From the IMG/VR virus record IMGVR_UViG_3300042400_001601: DNA of 64,000 nt; one strand, given 5' to 3'. The position numbers were made by a program, and so were the translations under genes. The notes below the pieces were generated by a model that made no database searches, had not been told where the DNA came from, and saw nothing but the letters and a program-made list of their open reading frames with translations. This document shows, one piece after another, positions 48,312 through 58,902 of this stretch; within the stretch, counting starts at the first letter, position 1, and each line of letters opens with the position of its first letter. Origin of the DNA: an uncultured virus (IMG/VR IMGVR_UViG_3300042400_001601) (Duplodnaviria > Heunggongvirae > Uroviricota > Caudoviricetes).

Positions 48312-49448
48312 ATGGCTCGTAAAAGCAATAACGAAGAAACCAAGGTCTCCAGCCTCAAGGACATCTTTGAGGCTGTAGATGCTTTAAATGCTGATGCATC
48401 TTTACTTTCAGAAGAAAATTCTCTATCTATTGTTAATGATTGGATAGACACCGGTTCATATGCTCTCAATGCTATATTTTCTGGCTCACTCTACGGCGGA
48501 GTACCTGTCGGTCGTATTACTGGGTTTTCTGGCCCTTCTGGGGCTGGAAAGACACTTATCATTAACAAAATCATCGCTAATGCTCAAAAGAAGGGCTATT
48601 TTGCGGCTATATGGGATACCGAAGCAGCTGTCGATCGTCAATCTGCTGAAGGTGTTGGTATTGACGCTAAAAGAGTCAAGTATTATCCTGTTGAAACCGT
48701 AGAAGATTGTCGCAACCAAATTGCGACTTTTCTAGATAAAATCATTGCTGCAAAAGATCCTAATCTCAAAGTTATTATTGCTATTGATAGTCTAGGTAAT
48801 CTTGCCAGCGCTAAAGAGCTACGAGATGTAACTGAAGGTAAGGACGCAGCAGATATGGGCACAAAGGCAAAAGCGATGAAATCTATGATGCGCGCTCTTA
48901 CCTTTAAAGCAGCTAAGGCACGCGTGCCTATTCTGTTTACTAATCATATCTACGATAATCCTACATCTATGTACCCTGAACTAGTTAAAAAACAGTCTGG
49001 TGGTTCAGGTCCAGTCTATCTTGCATCTCTTCTTGTACAGTTAGCCACACGTAATGAAAAGATTGATAAGAACGAAGATCAGGAAGCTATCGGAGTTGCA
49101 CATAATGTTAGTGGTGTAACGCTATCAGCAATGACAGTAAAGAACCGATTCGTGCCTCCCTTTCTCAAGGCTGAACTTTATAACAATTTCCGTACCGGCC
49201 TATCCCGTTATGCAGGATTGGCTGATATGGCGATTGCTATGGGAGTCGTGACCGGAGATAAAACCTATACTCTAGGTACTGATAAGATCGGTTATAGAAA
49301 AAACTGGGAAAACGACACAGAGTTTTGGGACAAAAAAGCGCTACCTCTCCTTGAAAAAGCTTTCAAGGAGAAAGTTTGCTACGGTAACGCTGCTATTGAC
49401 AGTACGGACGAAACGTTAGAAGCGGAACCAGAAGAAACAAATACCTAA
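48312..49448 (+). CDS. uvsX: RecA-like recombinase
   Basis: DTGSYALN, GPSGAGKT, DTEAA, IDSLGNL, TNH, SGGSG. Confidence 0.95.
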   Translation: MARKSNNEETKVSSLKDIFEAVDALNADASLLSEENSLSIVNDWIDTGSYALNAIFSGSLYGGVPVGRITGFSGPSGAGKTLIINKIIANAQKKGYFAAIWDTEAAVDRQSAEGVGIDAKRVKYYPVETVEDCRNQIATFLDKIIAAKDPNLKVIIAIDSLGNLASAKELRDVTEGKDAADMGTKAKAMKSMMRALTFKAAKARVPILFTNHIYDNPTSMYPELVKKQSGGSGPVYLASLLVQLATRNEKIDKNEDQEAIGVAHNVSGVTLSAMTVKNRFVPPFLKAELYNNFRTGLSRYAGLADMAIAMGVVTGDKTYTLGTDKIGYRKNWENDTEFWDKKALPLLEKAFKEKVCYGNAAIDSTDETLEAEPEETNT

Positions 49449-49451
49449 AAT

Positions 49452-49479
49452 AAAAGCTAAGGGCAACCTTAGCTTTTTT
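49452..49479 (+). terminator. Intrinsic terminator after uvsX
   Basis: AAAAGCTAAGG-GCAA-CCTTAGCTTTTTT. Confidence 0.85.
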
Positions 49480-49502
49480 AGTTTATACACTATAATAATG
49501 CT

Positions 49503-50846
49503 ATGAAGAAAGAAACCCTTCGAGTTAATACTGATTTCTTTGAGAACATCGTGGCATGTCAGTGTTTAACTAATTCGTACTATGCATCTTTAGTTTTTGA
49601 CCATCTTAACCCAGAAAATTTTAAAAACGCGGGTAACAAACTAGTAATTACTATTATTAAAGATTTTTTCGGTAAACGTAGAACTTTACCTACTCTTACC
49701 GAAATTAAGACTTATCTATCAAAGCAGGAAGACCTTAAACTTTTTAAAGAAACGGTAACTACCTATAAGCAATACGACACTAATGTCAATATTGACGAGC
49801 TTATTGCTAATACTGAAATTTTCTTTAAAGAAAGAGCGGTTTATAATACAGTACTTAAAATAGTAGATGATGTTACTAATGAACGTTCAGACTATGGTAA
49901 ATTCTTAAGCTGGTTTGAACGAGCCTGTAATATTACTCTAGTAAATGATATTGGGCTAGATTTTTACGGAGATTACGAAAGAGTAATCAGAGAGCTGAGT
50001 GTACAAAACGAAGTAATACCAACAGGCTGGAACTTTATAGACAGTAAAATCGGAGGAGGGCTAATGAAGAACGGACGCGCTCTTTATTTATTTCTTGGTC
50101 CTACCAACGTAGGTAAGAGTATATTTTTAGGTAATGTAGCTAGTAATATGGCTCAAAGAGGTCTTACTACCGTGCTTATTTCCCTTGAAATGCCTGAAAT
50201 GATGTATGCAAAAAGAATTAGTAGCCACCTTTCAAAAATACCAATTAATAATATACAAGAGCAGACTTCTTCACTAGAAACCTTCTTTAAAGAGAACGTA
50301 GAGACTCATAAACGTAAGCTTATTATTAAAGAGTTTCCGCCTAAAAGCGTTACAGTCGGAGGTATTAAAGCATATATAGAGTCTCTTGTAAAAGCAGGTA
50401 TAAAGCCTGAGGTGTTAGTAATTGATTATTTGGGTCTTATCAAATCCAATGACGGAGATAATTCATACTCGCAAGGTAAAGCTGCAGCAGAAGAGCTTAG
50501 AGCATTGTCATATTATTTTAATATGCCAGTAGTAAGCGCTATACAGACTAACAGAGAAGGTATGGAGAATCCAAGCCTAGATACAGTGTCAGAGTCTTTA
50601 GGTGTAGCATTTACTGCAGATGTGGTGTGGTCTATTCATCAAGAAGAAGGAGATCAAGAACTGGGCATAATTAAAGTCGGAGGTATTAAGAACCGTTTAG
50701 GACCTAAACATGGGGCCACAGCAATGCGTATTGATTATACTACTCTTTCGCTTTCTGAAGAAAAAGATTATATAGGATTAACCAAGAACGGGGAAGATTC
50801 TAATGAAATATCTAATTTAGAAGCAAAACTGGAAAAACTTTCGTAA
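49503..50846 (+). CDS. gp41: Replicative DnaB-like helicase
   Basis: GPTNVGKS, SLEM, IKEFPP, IDYL, QTNR, SES, KNRLG. Confidence 0.95.
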   Translation: MKKETLRVNTDFFENIVACQCLTNSYYASLVFDHLNPENFKNAGNKLVITIIKDFFGKRRTLPTLTEIKTYLSKQEDLKLFKETVTTYKQYDTNVNIDELIANTEIFFKERAVYNTVLKIVDDVTNERSDYGKFLSWFERACNITLVNDIGLDFYGDYERVIRELSVQNEVIPTGWNFIDSKIGGGLMKNGRALYLFLGPTNVGKSIFLGNVASNMAQRGLTTVLISLEMPEMMYAKRISSHLSKIPINNIQEQTSSLETFFKENVETHKRKLIIKEFPPKSVTVGGIKAYIESLVKAGIKPEVLVIDYLGLIKSNDGDNSYSQGKAAAEELRALSYYFNMPVVSAIQTNREGMENPSLDTVSESLGVAFTADVVWSIHQEEGDQELGIIKVGGIKNRLGPKHGATAMRIDYTTLSLSEEKDYIGLTKNGEDSNEISNLEAKLEKLS

Positions 50847-50862
50847 CTAGCTAAATAGACAA

Positions 50863-51774
50863 GTGGATCCAAAGAAGATATTTGTTTTTACAGACTCCGA
50901 CTTAGACGGAGCGGCCAGTCTTTTAACCTTACACTGGGCTCTAAAAGCCAACCCTGGCGATATAAAATTCCATACAGTTACAGTTTCAAATTTTAGAAAA
51001 GAATTTTTACTTTGGGCAGCAGAGAACAGTATAGAGAACTACGATGCGGTATATTTTTTGGATCTAGATACAAGTACAAGTTTTGACTTAATTGATAGCA
51101 AAAAGTCTATTATTATAGATCACCACGAAACACACGATACAAGCAAATATAAAAATGCTACAACTAATGTTGTGGTTACGTCCTCTTGTGCGAAGTTACT
51201 CTATTTACATTTTAAAGACAAACTAACGTCTTTAAATAACGAGCAAAAATATTTAATAGCGTTAGCTAATGACTATGACAGTTATGCCTTTAAACTGCCT
51301 GAGTCATATAATCTTAACTGTGCCTTTTCAAACTCTCAAAAAACACTAGGTAAGAACAAGACCTACAAATTTTTAGAACGTTTTTATAATGGTTTTACCG
51401 GGTTTACCTCATTAGAAAACAATATTATAAAAGAATATGTAACCGGTAGAGATGCAGCTATATCTACTTTACAAATCTATTCAGGCAATGTACCTATAAG
51501 CAAGCAAAACTTACAGATTACCGGGACAATGGGTACCAAATATATAAACGATATTTGCGACCATCTTCTTAAAACTTATAATTCAGATATCGTATTTTTT
51601 GTTAACACAAATAGTTCTCACGTTTCTTTTAGAAAAAAGAAAACTTGTAATGTAAATTTAGCTAAACTAGCTGAGTTTTTATGTGGTGGTGGCGGCCACG
51701 AATACGCAGCTGGTGGAAAGATCACGGAAAAATTTATGAATTTTTCTAAACAATTGTCCCTAATTACAGCTTAA
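50863..51774 (+). CDS. DHH-family phosphoesterase
   Basis: DSDLDG, LD, IDHH, GGGHEYAAG. Confidence 0.9.
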   Translation: MDPKKIFVFTDSDLDGAASLLTLHWALKANPGDIKFHTVTVSNFRKEFLLWAAENSIENYDAVYFLDLDTSTSFDLIDSKKSIIIDHHETHDTSKYKNATTNVVVTSSCAKLLYLHFKDKLTSLNNEQKYLIALANDYDSYAFKLPESYNLNCAFSNSQKTLGKNKTYKFLERFYNGFTGFTSLENNIIKEYVTGRDAAISTLQIYSGNVPISKQNLQITGTMGTKYINDICDHLLKTYNSDIVFFVNTNSSHVSFRKKKTCNVNLAKLAEFLCGGGGHEYAAGGKITEKFMNFSKQLSLITA

Positions 51775-51775
51775 C

Positions 51776-52072
51776 ATGTCTGGAGTAATTGGAGCATTAG
51801 AACAAGCTGTTGTAGATAATCCTTTAGATAGTCTAACTAAGGATGAAACAGAATATGAAATTTTAAAATTTTGTTCTTTTTGCTCTATATTGCATAACAA
51901 AAAATTAAACAACGTCACCGTGTTCACTCTTATTGTCAAGAACAATATCTACAAAAAGATATTCATGAAACTAATACAAGTTGACAATGAAAAAGAAGCG
52001 TTTATTGTGTTTTTAAAGTATAATTCAAATTTATGCCGTAGCAAAGTTGTACGAGAGGTATTAAAATCATGA
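51776..52072 (+). CDS. Hypothetical protein
   Basis: 98 aa ORF in operon. Confidence 0.65.
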   Translation: MSGVIGALEQAVVDNPLDSLTKDETEYEILKFCSFCSILHNKKLNNVTVFTLIVKNNIYKKIFMKLIQVDNEKEAFIVFLKYNSNLCRSKVVREVLKS

Positions 52073-52078
52073 AGGCTA

Positions 52079-52720
52079 ATGAACGCACCTTACATTTACA
52101 ATACCTACTTAAGCGTATCGCGAGGGCTTCAGAACAAGCCATGGCGTGCTCGTAAAGATTTTGACGGGTTTGATATTACAATCGACGGAGTAGCTTGTAA
52201 AAAATTAGAACTTTTTTTCAAGAAATTTCCGCAGATAGACGTAAAAGAGTTTTTTAATGCTCCTTATCTCATCTATAAAGACGAGCAGCATTTTCCTTTA
52301 AAATTTTACACAACCCAGAAAGCAATCGCGGTATATTCAGCAGTACAAAAGCAAAAATTAGAAGAATCCCCTGACACTCAAAATCAGATTGATAATATTA
52401 AGAAAAGCCTCAAACATATTGGGTTGACATGTTTAGAGCGTAAAATAGCCTTCGATAGATACTGCTTCGAGAAAAACGGATACACGTATACCCCGATTAT
52501 TGATTACAGTAATAAACTAATTAACATTTACGTACTGATTAAGTTGCCTTCTTTCGATAGTATGATAAACTCTTTTAACCTTCAAGATAAGGAGCTTTAC
52601 CTAAAAAACATACACAATAGCATTGGTAAGTTTAAACTGCGATTGAATATGTCTACTAGAGCAAAGAACCTAATTGACGAAGGTTTCAAAATACTAACCA
52701 AAAATACTCAAAATTACTAA
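52079..52720 (+). CDS. Hypothetical protein (possible gp59-like helicase loader by position)
   Basis: 213 aa basic helical protein directly upstream of gp32; function inferred from synteny only. Confidence 0.5.
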   Translation: MNAPYIYNTYLSVSRGLQNKPWRARKDFDGFDITIDGVACKKLELFFKKFPQIDVKEFFNAPYLIYKDEQHFPLKFYTTQKAIAVYSAVQKQKLEESPDTQNQIDNIKKSLKHIGLTCLERKIAFDRYCFEKNGYTYTPIIDYSNKLINIYVLIKLPSFDSMINSFNLQDKELYLKNIHNSIGKFKLRLNMSTRAKNLIDEGFKILTKNTQNY

Positions 52721-52722
52721 TT

Positions 52723-53667
52723 ATGAAACCTACATTTAATACCAATATGTTCGAAAGCATTAAGAGCGCGCTCGAAAATGCTAAAAATAAGCAAGGAGAC
52801 GGCGCTAGTTATAAGAATATTCTGCAAATTGCAGCACCTGCTACTTACGTGGTGCGTTTGCTTCCTAACGTTAAGAACCCTGCTGAGACGTTTTTGCATT
52901 ATTATCATCACGGCTGGAATAGTATCTCCACTGGCAAGTACTTTAGTGTAACTTCTCCGTCGACTTGGGGAGAGCGGTGCCCTGTAAGCGAGCTTTACTT
53001 TAAGATCCTTCGCGAGGGCAGTGATGAAGAGAAGAACCGTGCTAAGGAACATCTTAAGCGTAAGGAAAACTGGATGGTTAATGTTTATGTTGTAAGCGAT
53101 CCCAAAAACCCTGATAATAATGGTACTGTTAAGGTTCTTCGTTATGGCCGCCAACTCAATAAGATTATTGAAGCGGCTATCAATGGAGATGATGCGGCGG
53201 AGTACGGCGCTAAGATTTTTGATCTTAGCGAGAATGGATGCAGTCTACGTATTAAAGCTGAGCTTGTTTCGGACAAGCCAGGTGCCCCTAAGTACCCTAC
53301 GTATACCGCGTCTAAGTTTCTTAGCCCTGCTGCTATCGATGGTATTGATGAAGACAAGATCAATGAGGTCTATAATAACATCTACGATCTACAGACCTTT
53401 TTGGATCACAAATCAGCTGATGAGTTGAAAGAGGTTATTAATGTACACTTCTACGGTCAGGAGGCTGCTGCAGCGGCACCAGCGCCTGAGGTTAAGGCTA
53501 CAGAAGACGTAGAGGAAGATGTCCCTTATGAAGCTCCTAAGCCTGTTGTTAAGCCTGTAGCAGCTACTCCCAGTCCAGTTAAGGCTGCCCCTAAGACTGA
53601 AGTAAAGAGCACTAAGTCGAATGATGAAGCAGTAATGGCTATTCTCAACGGCTTGGAAGATCTTTAA
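52723..53667 (+). CDS. gp32: Single-stranded DNA-binding protein
   Basis: VRLLP, HGW, CPV, NVYVVSDP..P.NNG, Y..SKF; acidic tail ending LEDL. Confidence 0.9.
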   Translation: MKPTFNTNMFESIKSALENAKNKQGDGASYKNILQIAAPATYVVRLLPNVKNPAETFLHYYHHGWNSISTGKYFSVTSPSTWGERCPVSELYFKILREGSDEEKNRAKEHLKRKENWMVNVYVVSDPKNPDNNGTVKVLRYGRQLNKIIEAAINGDDAAEYGAKIFDLSENGCSLRIKAELVSDKPGAPKYPTYTASKFLSPAAIDGIDEDKINEVYNNIYDLQTFLDHKSADELKEVINVHFYGQEAAAAAPAPEVKATEDVEEDVPYEAPKPVVKPVAATPSPVKAAPKTEVKSTKSNDEAVMAILNGLEDL

Positions 53668-53670
53668 GAT

Positions 53671-54198
53671 ATGACTGAACAGCAAAGAAGAGAACAAATT
53701 ATGAAAATGAGGCAGCAGGCGCAAGGGCCTGCTGCGCCCTCTCTTTCTGATGCTGATGCTATGAAAATGGCAGGCAGCACCAACGGGCTCACGCAAGAGC
53801 AAATGATTGCTATTGCTATGTTTGGCAAAGTGGTGCAAAATGATGTAAACACAATTAAAAAAGCTGGATTGGGTGATATGAAAGTCAGTGATGTGGATAT
53901 GTCTAAAGTCATGCCTTCAGGTATTGCTAAAGCTGCCGGTATGGTTATTCCTCAAATACCGGCAGCTATGCCTGTTAATCCGCCTGTAGTACCAGTAATG
54001 CCGCAAATGGCTTTACCTTTAGTGAGTCAGCCTGTTGCAGCTAATTCCGACTCTCAATTAGAGTTTAATTTTGACAAAAAAGCTCGTTACGAAGATATTA
54101 TTGAACATATTGAAAAACTAGAAAAAAAGCTTATTATGGTTAATGAAAAGCTTGATCTTCTTCTAGAAGATAAAAAAAAATTAGTAACGAACCCATAA
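53671..54198 (+). CDS. Hypothetical protein
   Basis: 175 aa, Met/Pro-rich with C-terminal coiled coil. Confidence 0.65.
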   Translation: MTEQQRREQIMKMRQQAQGPAAPSLSDADAMKMAGSTNGLTQEQMIAIAMFGKVVQNDVNTIKKAGLGDMKVSDVDMSKVMPSGIAKAAGMVIPQIPAAMPVNPPVVPVMPQMALPLVSQPVAANSDSQLEFNFDKKARYEDIIEHIEKLEKKLIMVNEKLDLLLEDKKKLVTNP

Positions 54199-54199
54199 T

Positions 54200-54934
54200 A
54201 TGGAACTTAAACTGGTTAAGAAAGATTTTGCAGATAACTTCTTAAATGTTATTAGCAAAACAGTCGACATTGCTTCTATTAAAGCAAATTCAAACGGTAT
54301 TTATACGGTTTGTAATAAACCCGATACTAGTATTATCCTTCTTGGCAAATACAATACTCCCTTAGATCTTACTGAAGAGGTTACTCTTAATATAGGAGAT
54401 ATTAAAAAACTATTAAGAGTGGTAGATTGTATTGAAGACGAAAATGTTGTATTTAAGATTAATAGTAATAATCTTACCTACAAATCCCCCAGTGTCCAGT
54501 TTAAGTACCACTTTTTAGATGATTCTATTGTACCTAAAGTTTCTCTTAAAAAAGAGAAAATAGAAAATCTAGAGCTTGATACTTTCTTTGATCTTGACTA
54601 TAAAAAGTTTCAAGAGATTCTTAAGGCTAGTTCATTTACTACTGATACTAATAAAATTTATATTTTCGGTCAACCTGATGGTTGCTATTGCGAACTAGGA
54701 GACAAAGAAAAAAGCAATACCGATAGCATTGTACTTAAGATTTGTGATACAATAGAAGGACAGCCTTTGTCTCACGTAATACCGTTTAATCTTGATATTT
54801 TTAGAGTGATATCTGGTATACGCTTCGAGAGAGCGCGTATCGGTATTAATCTTAAGTTTAAAGTGCTTTCTTTTTTTATTAAACCAACTAACGAGACAGA
54901 ATTTAAATTTATTATTTCGGGTCTAGTTAAGTAA
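54200..54934 (+). CDS. gp45: Sliding clamp, gp45-like
   Basis: 244 aa; IGDIKKLL, FKYH motifs and clamp-like size in the replication cluster. Confidence 0.75.
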   Translation: MELKLVKKDFADNFLNVISKTVDIASIKANSNGIYTVCNKPDTSIILLGKYNTPLDLTEEVTLNIGDIKKLLRVVDCIEDENVVFKINSNNLTYKSPSVQFKYHFLDDSIVPKVSLKKEKIENLELDTFFDLDYKKFQEILKASSFTTDTNKIYIFGQPDGCYCELGDKEKSNTDSIVLKICDTIEGQPLSHVIPFNLDIFRVISGIRFERARIGINLKFKVLSFFIKPTNETEFKFIISGLVK

Positions 54935-55272
54935 TGGCTAATAAAATTACAACACAGAGTTATTTTATAAAACGACTTAAAGATAGCGGTTATGTCGTTT
55001 ATAAAATATTTGACGAGTATAATGAAGCTGATCCCCGCTCGTGGACTGTTATGATTGATCCAGGTAATGCATCTATTTTTTGTACTTGTTACGTGAACGA
55101 TCAATCTATGTTTGGAGAGACTTATTTTGAAATCTACGATGGTGGTCAATATATACCTGAAAAGTTTAAGTTGAAGACAGATTCAATTGAGGTTATAATA
55201 AGCTATTTAGTTAAACATGGAATCAATAACAAATCAGACAACTACAACAGCAAGTCGAATTCAAACATATAA
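54934..55272 (+). CDS. Hypothetical protein
   Basis: 112 aa, coupled to gp45. Confidence 0.7.
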   Translation: MANKITTQSYFIKRLKDSGYVVYKIFDEYNEADPRSWTVMIDPGNASIFCTCYVNDQSMFGETYFEIYDGGQYIPEKFKLKTDSIEVIISYLVKHGINNKSDNYNSKSNSNI

Positions 55273-55282
55273 TTTTACCAAT

Positions 55283-55945
55283 ATGAGCAAAAACGGTCTA
55301 CAACACCCCCTTCTGCCTACTGCTAATAGTAGTATGCTTGTTAGTGATAGCGAGAAGAAGGAGATTATTGAAAAAGCGGCTATAGCTTATGAAGGCTTTC
55401 TTGATGCTCTACGCATAGACTGGCGCAACGATGTAAATAGTGCGGACACACCTCGTCGTGTCGCTAAGTCTTATGTTTGCGATCTTATTAAGGGCTGCTA
55501 TGAAGGACCCCCTAAGATCACTACATTTCCTTCTGATGGATATGACGGTATTGTAAGTCAAATGAATATCCCGGTTACGTCTATGTGCTCTCATCACCAT
55601 CTTGCTTTTACTGGTGTAGCGCATGTTGCTTATATCCCTGATAAAAACGGTCAAGTTATTGGACTTTCTAAATTAAATCGCATTGTTGAACATTATGCAC
55701 GTAGGCCTCAAATACAAGAAGGACTGACAGTGCAGGTACATAATGCTATTAATGAACTCTGTAAGGGTAACCAAGGGGTTGCCGTTGTTCTTAAGTGTGC
55801 ACATACTTGCGCATGCCATCGCGGTGTAAAACATCACGGTTGTTCTATGATCACTTCGAAGCTTTCCGGTAGTTTTATGAACGAAGGGGCAGCTCGCAAA
55901 GAGTTTTACGATTTTATTGCTTCTGCAGAGCGTAGCAGTAAATAA
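55283..55945 (+). CDS. folE: GTP cyclohydrolase I
   Basis: DTPRRVAK, SMCSHHH, GLSKLNR, RPQIQE, HTCACHRG; start set at 55283. Confidence 0.95.
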   Translation: MSKNGLQHPLLPTANSSMLVSDSEKKEIIEKAAIAYEGFLDALRIDWRNDVNSADTPRRVAKSYVCDLIKGCYEGPPKITTFPSDGYDGIVSQMNIPVTSMCSHHHLAFTGVAHVAYIPDKNGQVIGLSKLNRIVEHYARRPQIQEGLTVQVHNAINELCKGNQGVAVVLKCAHTCACHRGVKHHGCSMITSKLSGSFMNEGAARKEFYDFIASAERSSK

Positions 55946-55950
55946 TATAA

Positions 55951-56409
55951 ATGGCTGATACAAATAAAGAAGCAGCTAAGCAAAAAAGCAAAAAACAGTC
56001 TAAGAAAAAGACTGTTACTACAAGTATAGCTCAAACTTCAGAGGTAGTAGGGGGGTCTTCTTTGTCGACACAAAGTTCCCCTCTTACTGCTACTGGGTTA
56101 ACTGATAACGATCAAAGACGCTTGCAAGAAATGGTAATGCTTGCAAATATAGAGTATAATAAAATTAAAAACAAAATAATAAAAGAAAAACGACGGGAAA
56201 TTGAGTCACTAGACGGCCAAATTAAAGAATTCTTAGGGCCTTACATGCTTATTGGCTATGACTTAAATAATAACCCGGTTGAAATTGTATCAGCTAATAC
56301 TGCCGCAGAAAACGACGCGTTGCTTGAACGTTTTAGAAGGGTAATGTTTAAGATCAATCAAAATATTACCAATTCCAATGGCGATGACCCGTTTGGCAAC
56401 AGTAATTAA
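55951..56409 (+). CDS. Hypothetical protein
   Basis: 152 aa; TAAATA at 55939-55944. Confidence 0.65.
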   Translation: MADTNKEAAKQKSKKQSKKKTVTTSIAQTSEVVGGSSLSTQSSPLTATGLTDNDQRRLQEMVMLANIEYNKIKNKIIKEKRREIESLDGQIKEFLGPYMLIGYDLNNNPVEIVSANTAAENDALLERFRRVMFKINQNITNSNGDDPFGNSN

Positions 56410-56740
56410 GCACTTAAAGCTCTTTTTCCTTCCAAAACACCGGTTTATATATGTAGTTTTGGAAGGAAGGCTTAAGGGAGAGTGGTTAGTTAAAGTAAAA
56501 CAAGAAAAAGACTCGATTATTTTCTTCTCTTTACCCGATAAACATATAAGAACTGTAAAAAAAGCAGATTTTGACTGGGGTATTGCAAATAAAATACTAG
56601 AACCAGTTGACGTTTTGCCCAAAAGCGTGTACAATGTTTGTATAGCTGAGTATAACCATAAAAAAACCAATGTCGACCTCAACAATTCTACTAATCGATG
56701 GGAACAACACCTTGCACAGGACGCATTGGGTAGCAAATAA
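56378..56740 (+). CDS. Hypothetical protein
   Basis: 120 aa ORF overlapping neighbours. Confidence 0.55.
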   Translation: MAMTRLATVIKHLKLFFLPKHRFIYVVLEGRLKGEWLVKVKQEKDSIIFFSLPDKHIRTVKKADFDWGIANKILEPVDVLPKSVYNVCIAEYNHKKTNVDLNNSTNRWEQHLAQDALGSK

Positions 56741-57590
56741 CAATGGACGCCAGTTAATTAATTCAAAAGGGGAAAATGTTGGTTGTCTTTTCACTTTTTT
56801 AAAGACTATTAAGTCTTACGCAGAGCAGTTTAATACAAGTGATATCTACATAGCCTGGGATCGTAAGCTAACTAACGAGGTTAACTTCAGAAAAGAACTT
56901 ACCGACGGTAGCTATAAGGGAAACCGTGATCACGAACGTAATAAAAACGTATATGACAGCATGAACCCTGTTATTGAAGCTACCGCTGCTTTAGGAATTA
57001 AAAATATATTCCCTGGTAAGCTAGAAGCTGATGATGTAATTGGATGGCTTGCTAGTAATTTAACCGGTAAGAAGGTAATAGTAAGCGTGGATAAAGATTT
57101 TATCCAACTTATCTCTGAAAACGTAAGCTATTACAACCCTATTAAGAAATTCTTAATAGACGTCAATAATTTTTCAGAACACTACGATATGTCCCCTAAA
57201 GAATTTCTTTATTATAAAGCTATTATAGGGGATATTTCAGATAATATTACTGGTATTGAAGGTTTTGGTAAGGTTAAAGGTGTAAAACTTGCAAAAGCAT
57301 TCGAAGCTAACGACGAAGACACTATAGCACCGTATAAAGAACAGGTTTATAACAATCTTAAACTTATAGACTTGACTTATGGGGTTAAATCTTTTCCGGA
57401 AGAGGTAAAGCTCTATAATGAGCAGCTTGTTACACTTAAGAACACTCACCCTGAATTCGTTAAATTTAAAGAAATTTGCGAAAACTATGAGTTTGCATCT
57501 ATAATTGATAAAATGCCGAGTTGGCAACGAGTTTTTAATCAAAAAAACACTGCGGATGTTTTGACCGAGTATTTTAAAGTGTTCTCGTAA
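56670..57590 (+). CDS. rnh: T4 RNase H-like 5'-3' exonuclease/flap endonuclease
   Basis: LIDGNN, YKGNR, EADD, SVDKDF.QL, GDISDNI.GI.G.G. Confidence 0.92.
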   Translation: MSTSTILLIDGNNTLHRTHWVANNNGRQLINSKGENVGCLFTFLKTIKSYAEQFNTSDIYIAWDRKLTNEVNFRKELTDGSYKGNRDHERNKNVYDSMNPVIEATAALGIKNIFPGKLEADDVIGWLASNLTGKKVIVSVDKDFIQLISENVSYYNPIKKFLIDVNNFSEHYDMSPKEFLYYKAIIGDISDNITGIEGFGKVKGVKLAKAFEANDEDTIAPYKEQVYNNLKLIDLTYGVKSFPEEVKLYNEQLVTLKNTHPEFVKFKEICENYEFASIIDKMPSWQRVFNQKNTADVLTEYFKVFS

Positions 57591-57599
57591 GTATAGTAT

Positions 57600-57791
57600 A
57601 TGTATACTACAGTAGCTCCGCGGCCAGAAACATGCAATACGTGCGGTCAACCATCAGTTCATCCGAAAGTTATGAAAATAACACGTGGTACGCAGATAGT
57701 AACTGAAGCGCATTGGATTTGTTCTAGATGTTCTAATAGATTTAAGATTGGAACCCTAAGTATAGAAGAGCGTGAAAAGAAGAAAAACTAA
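57600..57791 (+). CDS. Small zinc-ribbon protein
   Basis: CNTC...CSRC; TAAGTA at 57588-57593. Confidence 0.7.
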   Translation: MYTTVAPRPETCNTCGQPSVHPKVMKITRGTQIVTEAHWICSRCSNRFKIGTLSIEEREKKKN

Positions 57792-58170
57792 AAAACTCTT
57801 AGACGAAGCTTCGTATTACACTGGAGCCTACAGTGGCCAGCAATCTCCTGAAACAGTTTCAGCGTATGAGTTTGCAAAAGATAGTGTTCCTACGCTGAAT
57901 AAACTAGGAACTCTAAAAGACCAGAAACCTGGCATACCCACTCCACAAGAATTACCGTTTCCAATGCAAGATTCGGTAAGAGAGCTTGCAGATTTATATT
58001 TAAAAGCTCAAGATCTACGTAACAAAGCAAGAAATGCCGAAGCTCTTCCACTTTTTAAGAACAAAAAAGAAGAACTTGATGTGTTCCGTCGTCAGCTTAA
58101 CGGTATAATGGTAACTTGCAAGAAATTAGCAGCGCAGTTAGACAACTTTACTCTTGCACCTAAGCAATAA
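57772..58170 (+). CDS. Hypothetical protein
   Basis: 132 aa ORF. Confidence 0.65.
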   Translation: MKRRKTKKLLDEASYYTGAYSGQQSPETVSAYEFAKDSVPTLNKLGTLKDQKPGIPTPQELPFPMQDSVRELADLYLKAQDLRNKARNAEALPLFKNKKEELDVFRRQLNGIMVTCKKLAAQLDNFTLAPKQ

Positions 58171-58191
58171 GTCTCTTTAATACGCGTCATC

Positions 58192-58617
58192 ATGAATGAC
58201 TCGTTAAAAGTATTCCTTATATCATCAGTAAAAACAGCATTAATTTCCGGGGTTATTGCAGGAATTGCGTTTTTACTCAGTGGAAATATTATTGTTTGGT
58301 TTGTGGTAGGTATGGCTTCGCAGTATGTACTGTTCTACTTGCTTAATAGCTATCTAGAATATAAAGTTGTACGGGACTCTCGGGTGTTTCAGCTAAAAGA
58401 AGCTGAAATTATGGCGCAAAATACCGTCACAGTAGAATGCGCGTCGTGTAAGAAAGAAAGCGAAGTATTAGTTAAGTTTGGACAATCAAATTATTACACC
58501 TGCGGTCATTGTGATACAAAAAATTCTATATTTTTATTTGCAGAAACTGCAGTAACAACCGAACCTAAATACGACTCTACTCCTGCTATCAATACTTCTT
58601 CTACAAATGGACTCTAA
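58192..58617 (+). CDS. Membrane protein with C-terminal zinc ribbon
   Basis: Two hydrophobic helices then CASC...CGHC. Confidence 0.7.
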   Translation: MNDSLKVFLISSVKTALISGVIAGIAFLLSGNIIVWFVVGMASQYVLFYLLNSYLEYKVVRDSRVFQLKEAEIMAQNTVTVECASCKKESEVLVKFGQSNYYTCGHCDTKNSIFLFAETAVTTEPKYDSTPAINTSSTNGL

Positions 58618-58900
58618 TACTAATACAAAAAATATTTCGATGTATGAATTTGCCCGCTGGGCTGCACTGCTTGAAGCGGTCGATATTATCGCGGAAAAAT
58701 GTGAAGACCGCGGAATCGATTTTGATAGCCCAGAAGGAATAAAATACATTAAACCTCTCGATATACAGGATTATGTTAATAACAGAACCGACACTTTGAT
58801 AATGAAAATTAAAACTGCTCGTAACATTGAAAAGAATCTTATGAGTATCAAACAACTACAAATTGAGAAACAACTAAAAACCTTAGAAATAACTGAATAA
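58607..58900 (+). CDS. Hypothetical protein
   Basis: 97 aa ORF in operon. Confidence 0.65.
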   Translation: MDSNTNTKNISMYEFARWAALLEAVDIIAEKCEDRGIDFDSPEGIKYIKPLDIQDYVNNRTDTLIMKIKTARNIEKNLMSIKQLQIEKQLKTLEITE

Positions 58901-58902
58901 TT

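Noticed and set aside
136..57650. Many short antisense/nested ORFs in the track (e.g. 136-561, 1394-1807, 3571-3903, 52717-53154, 57237-57650)
   Set aside because: Fully overlap confidently assigned genes and have no motifs or initiation signals
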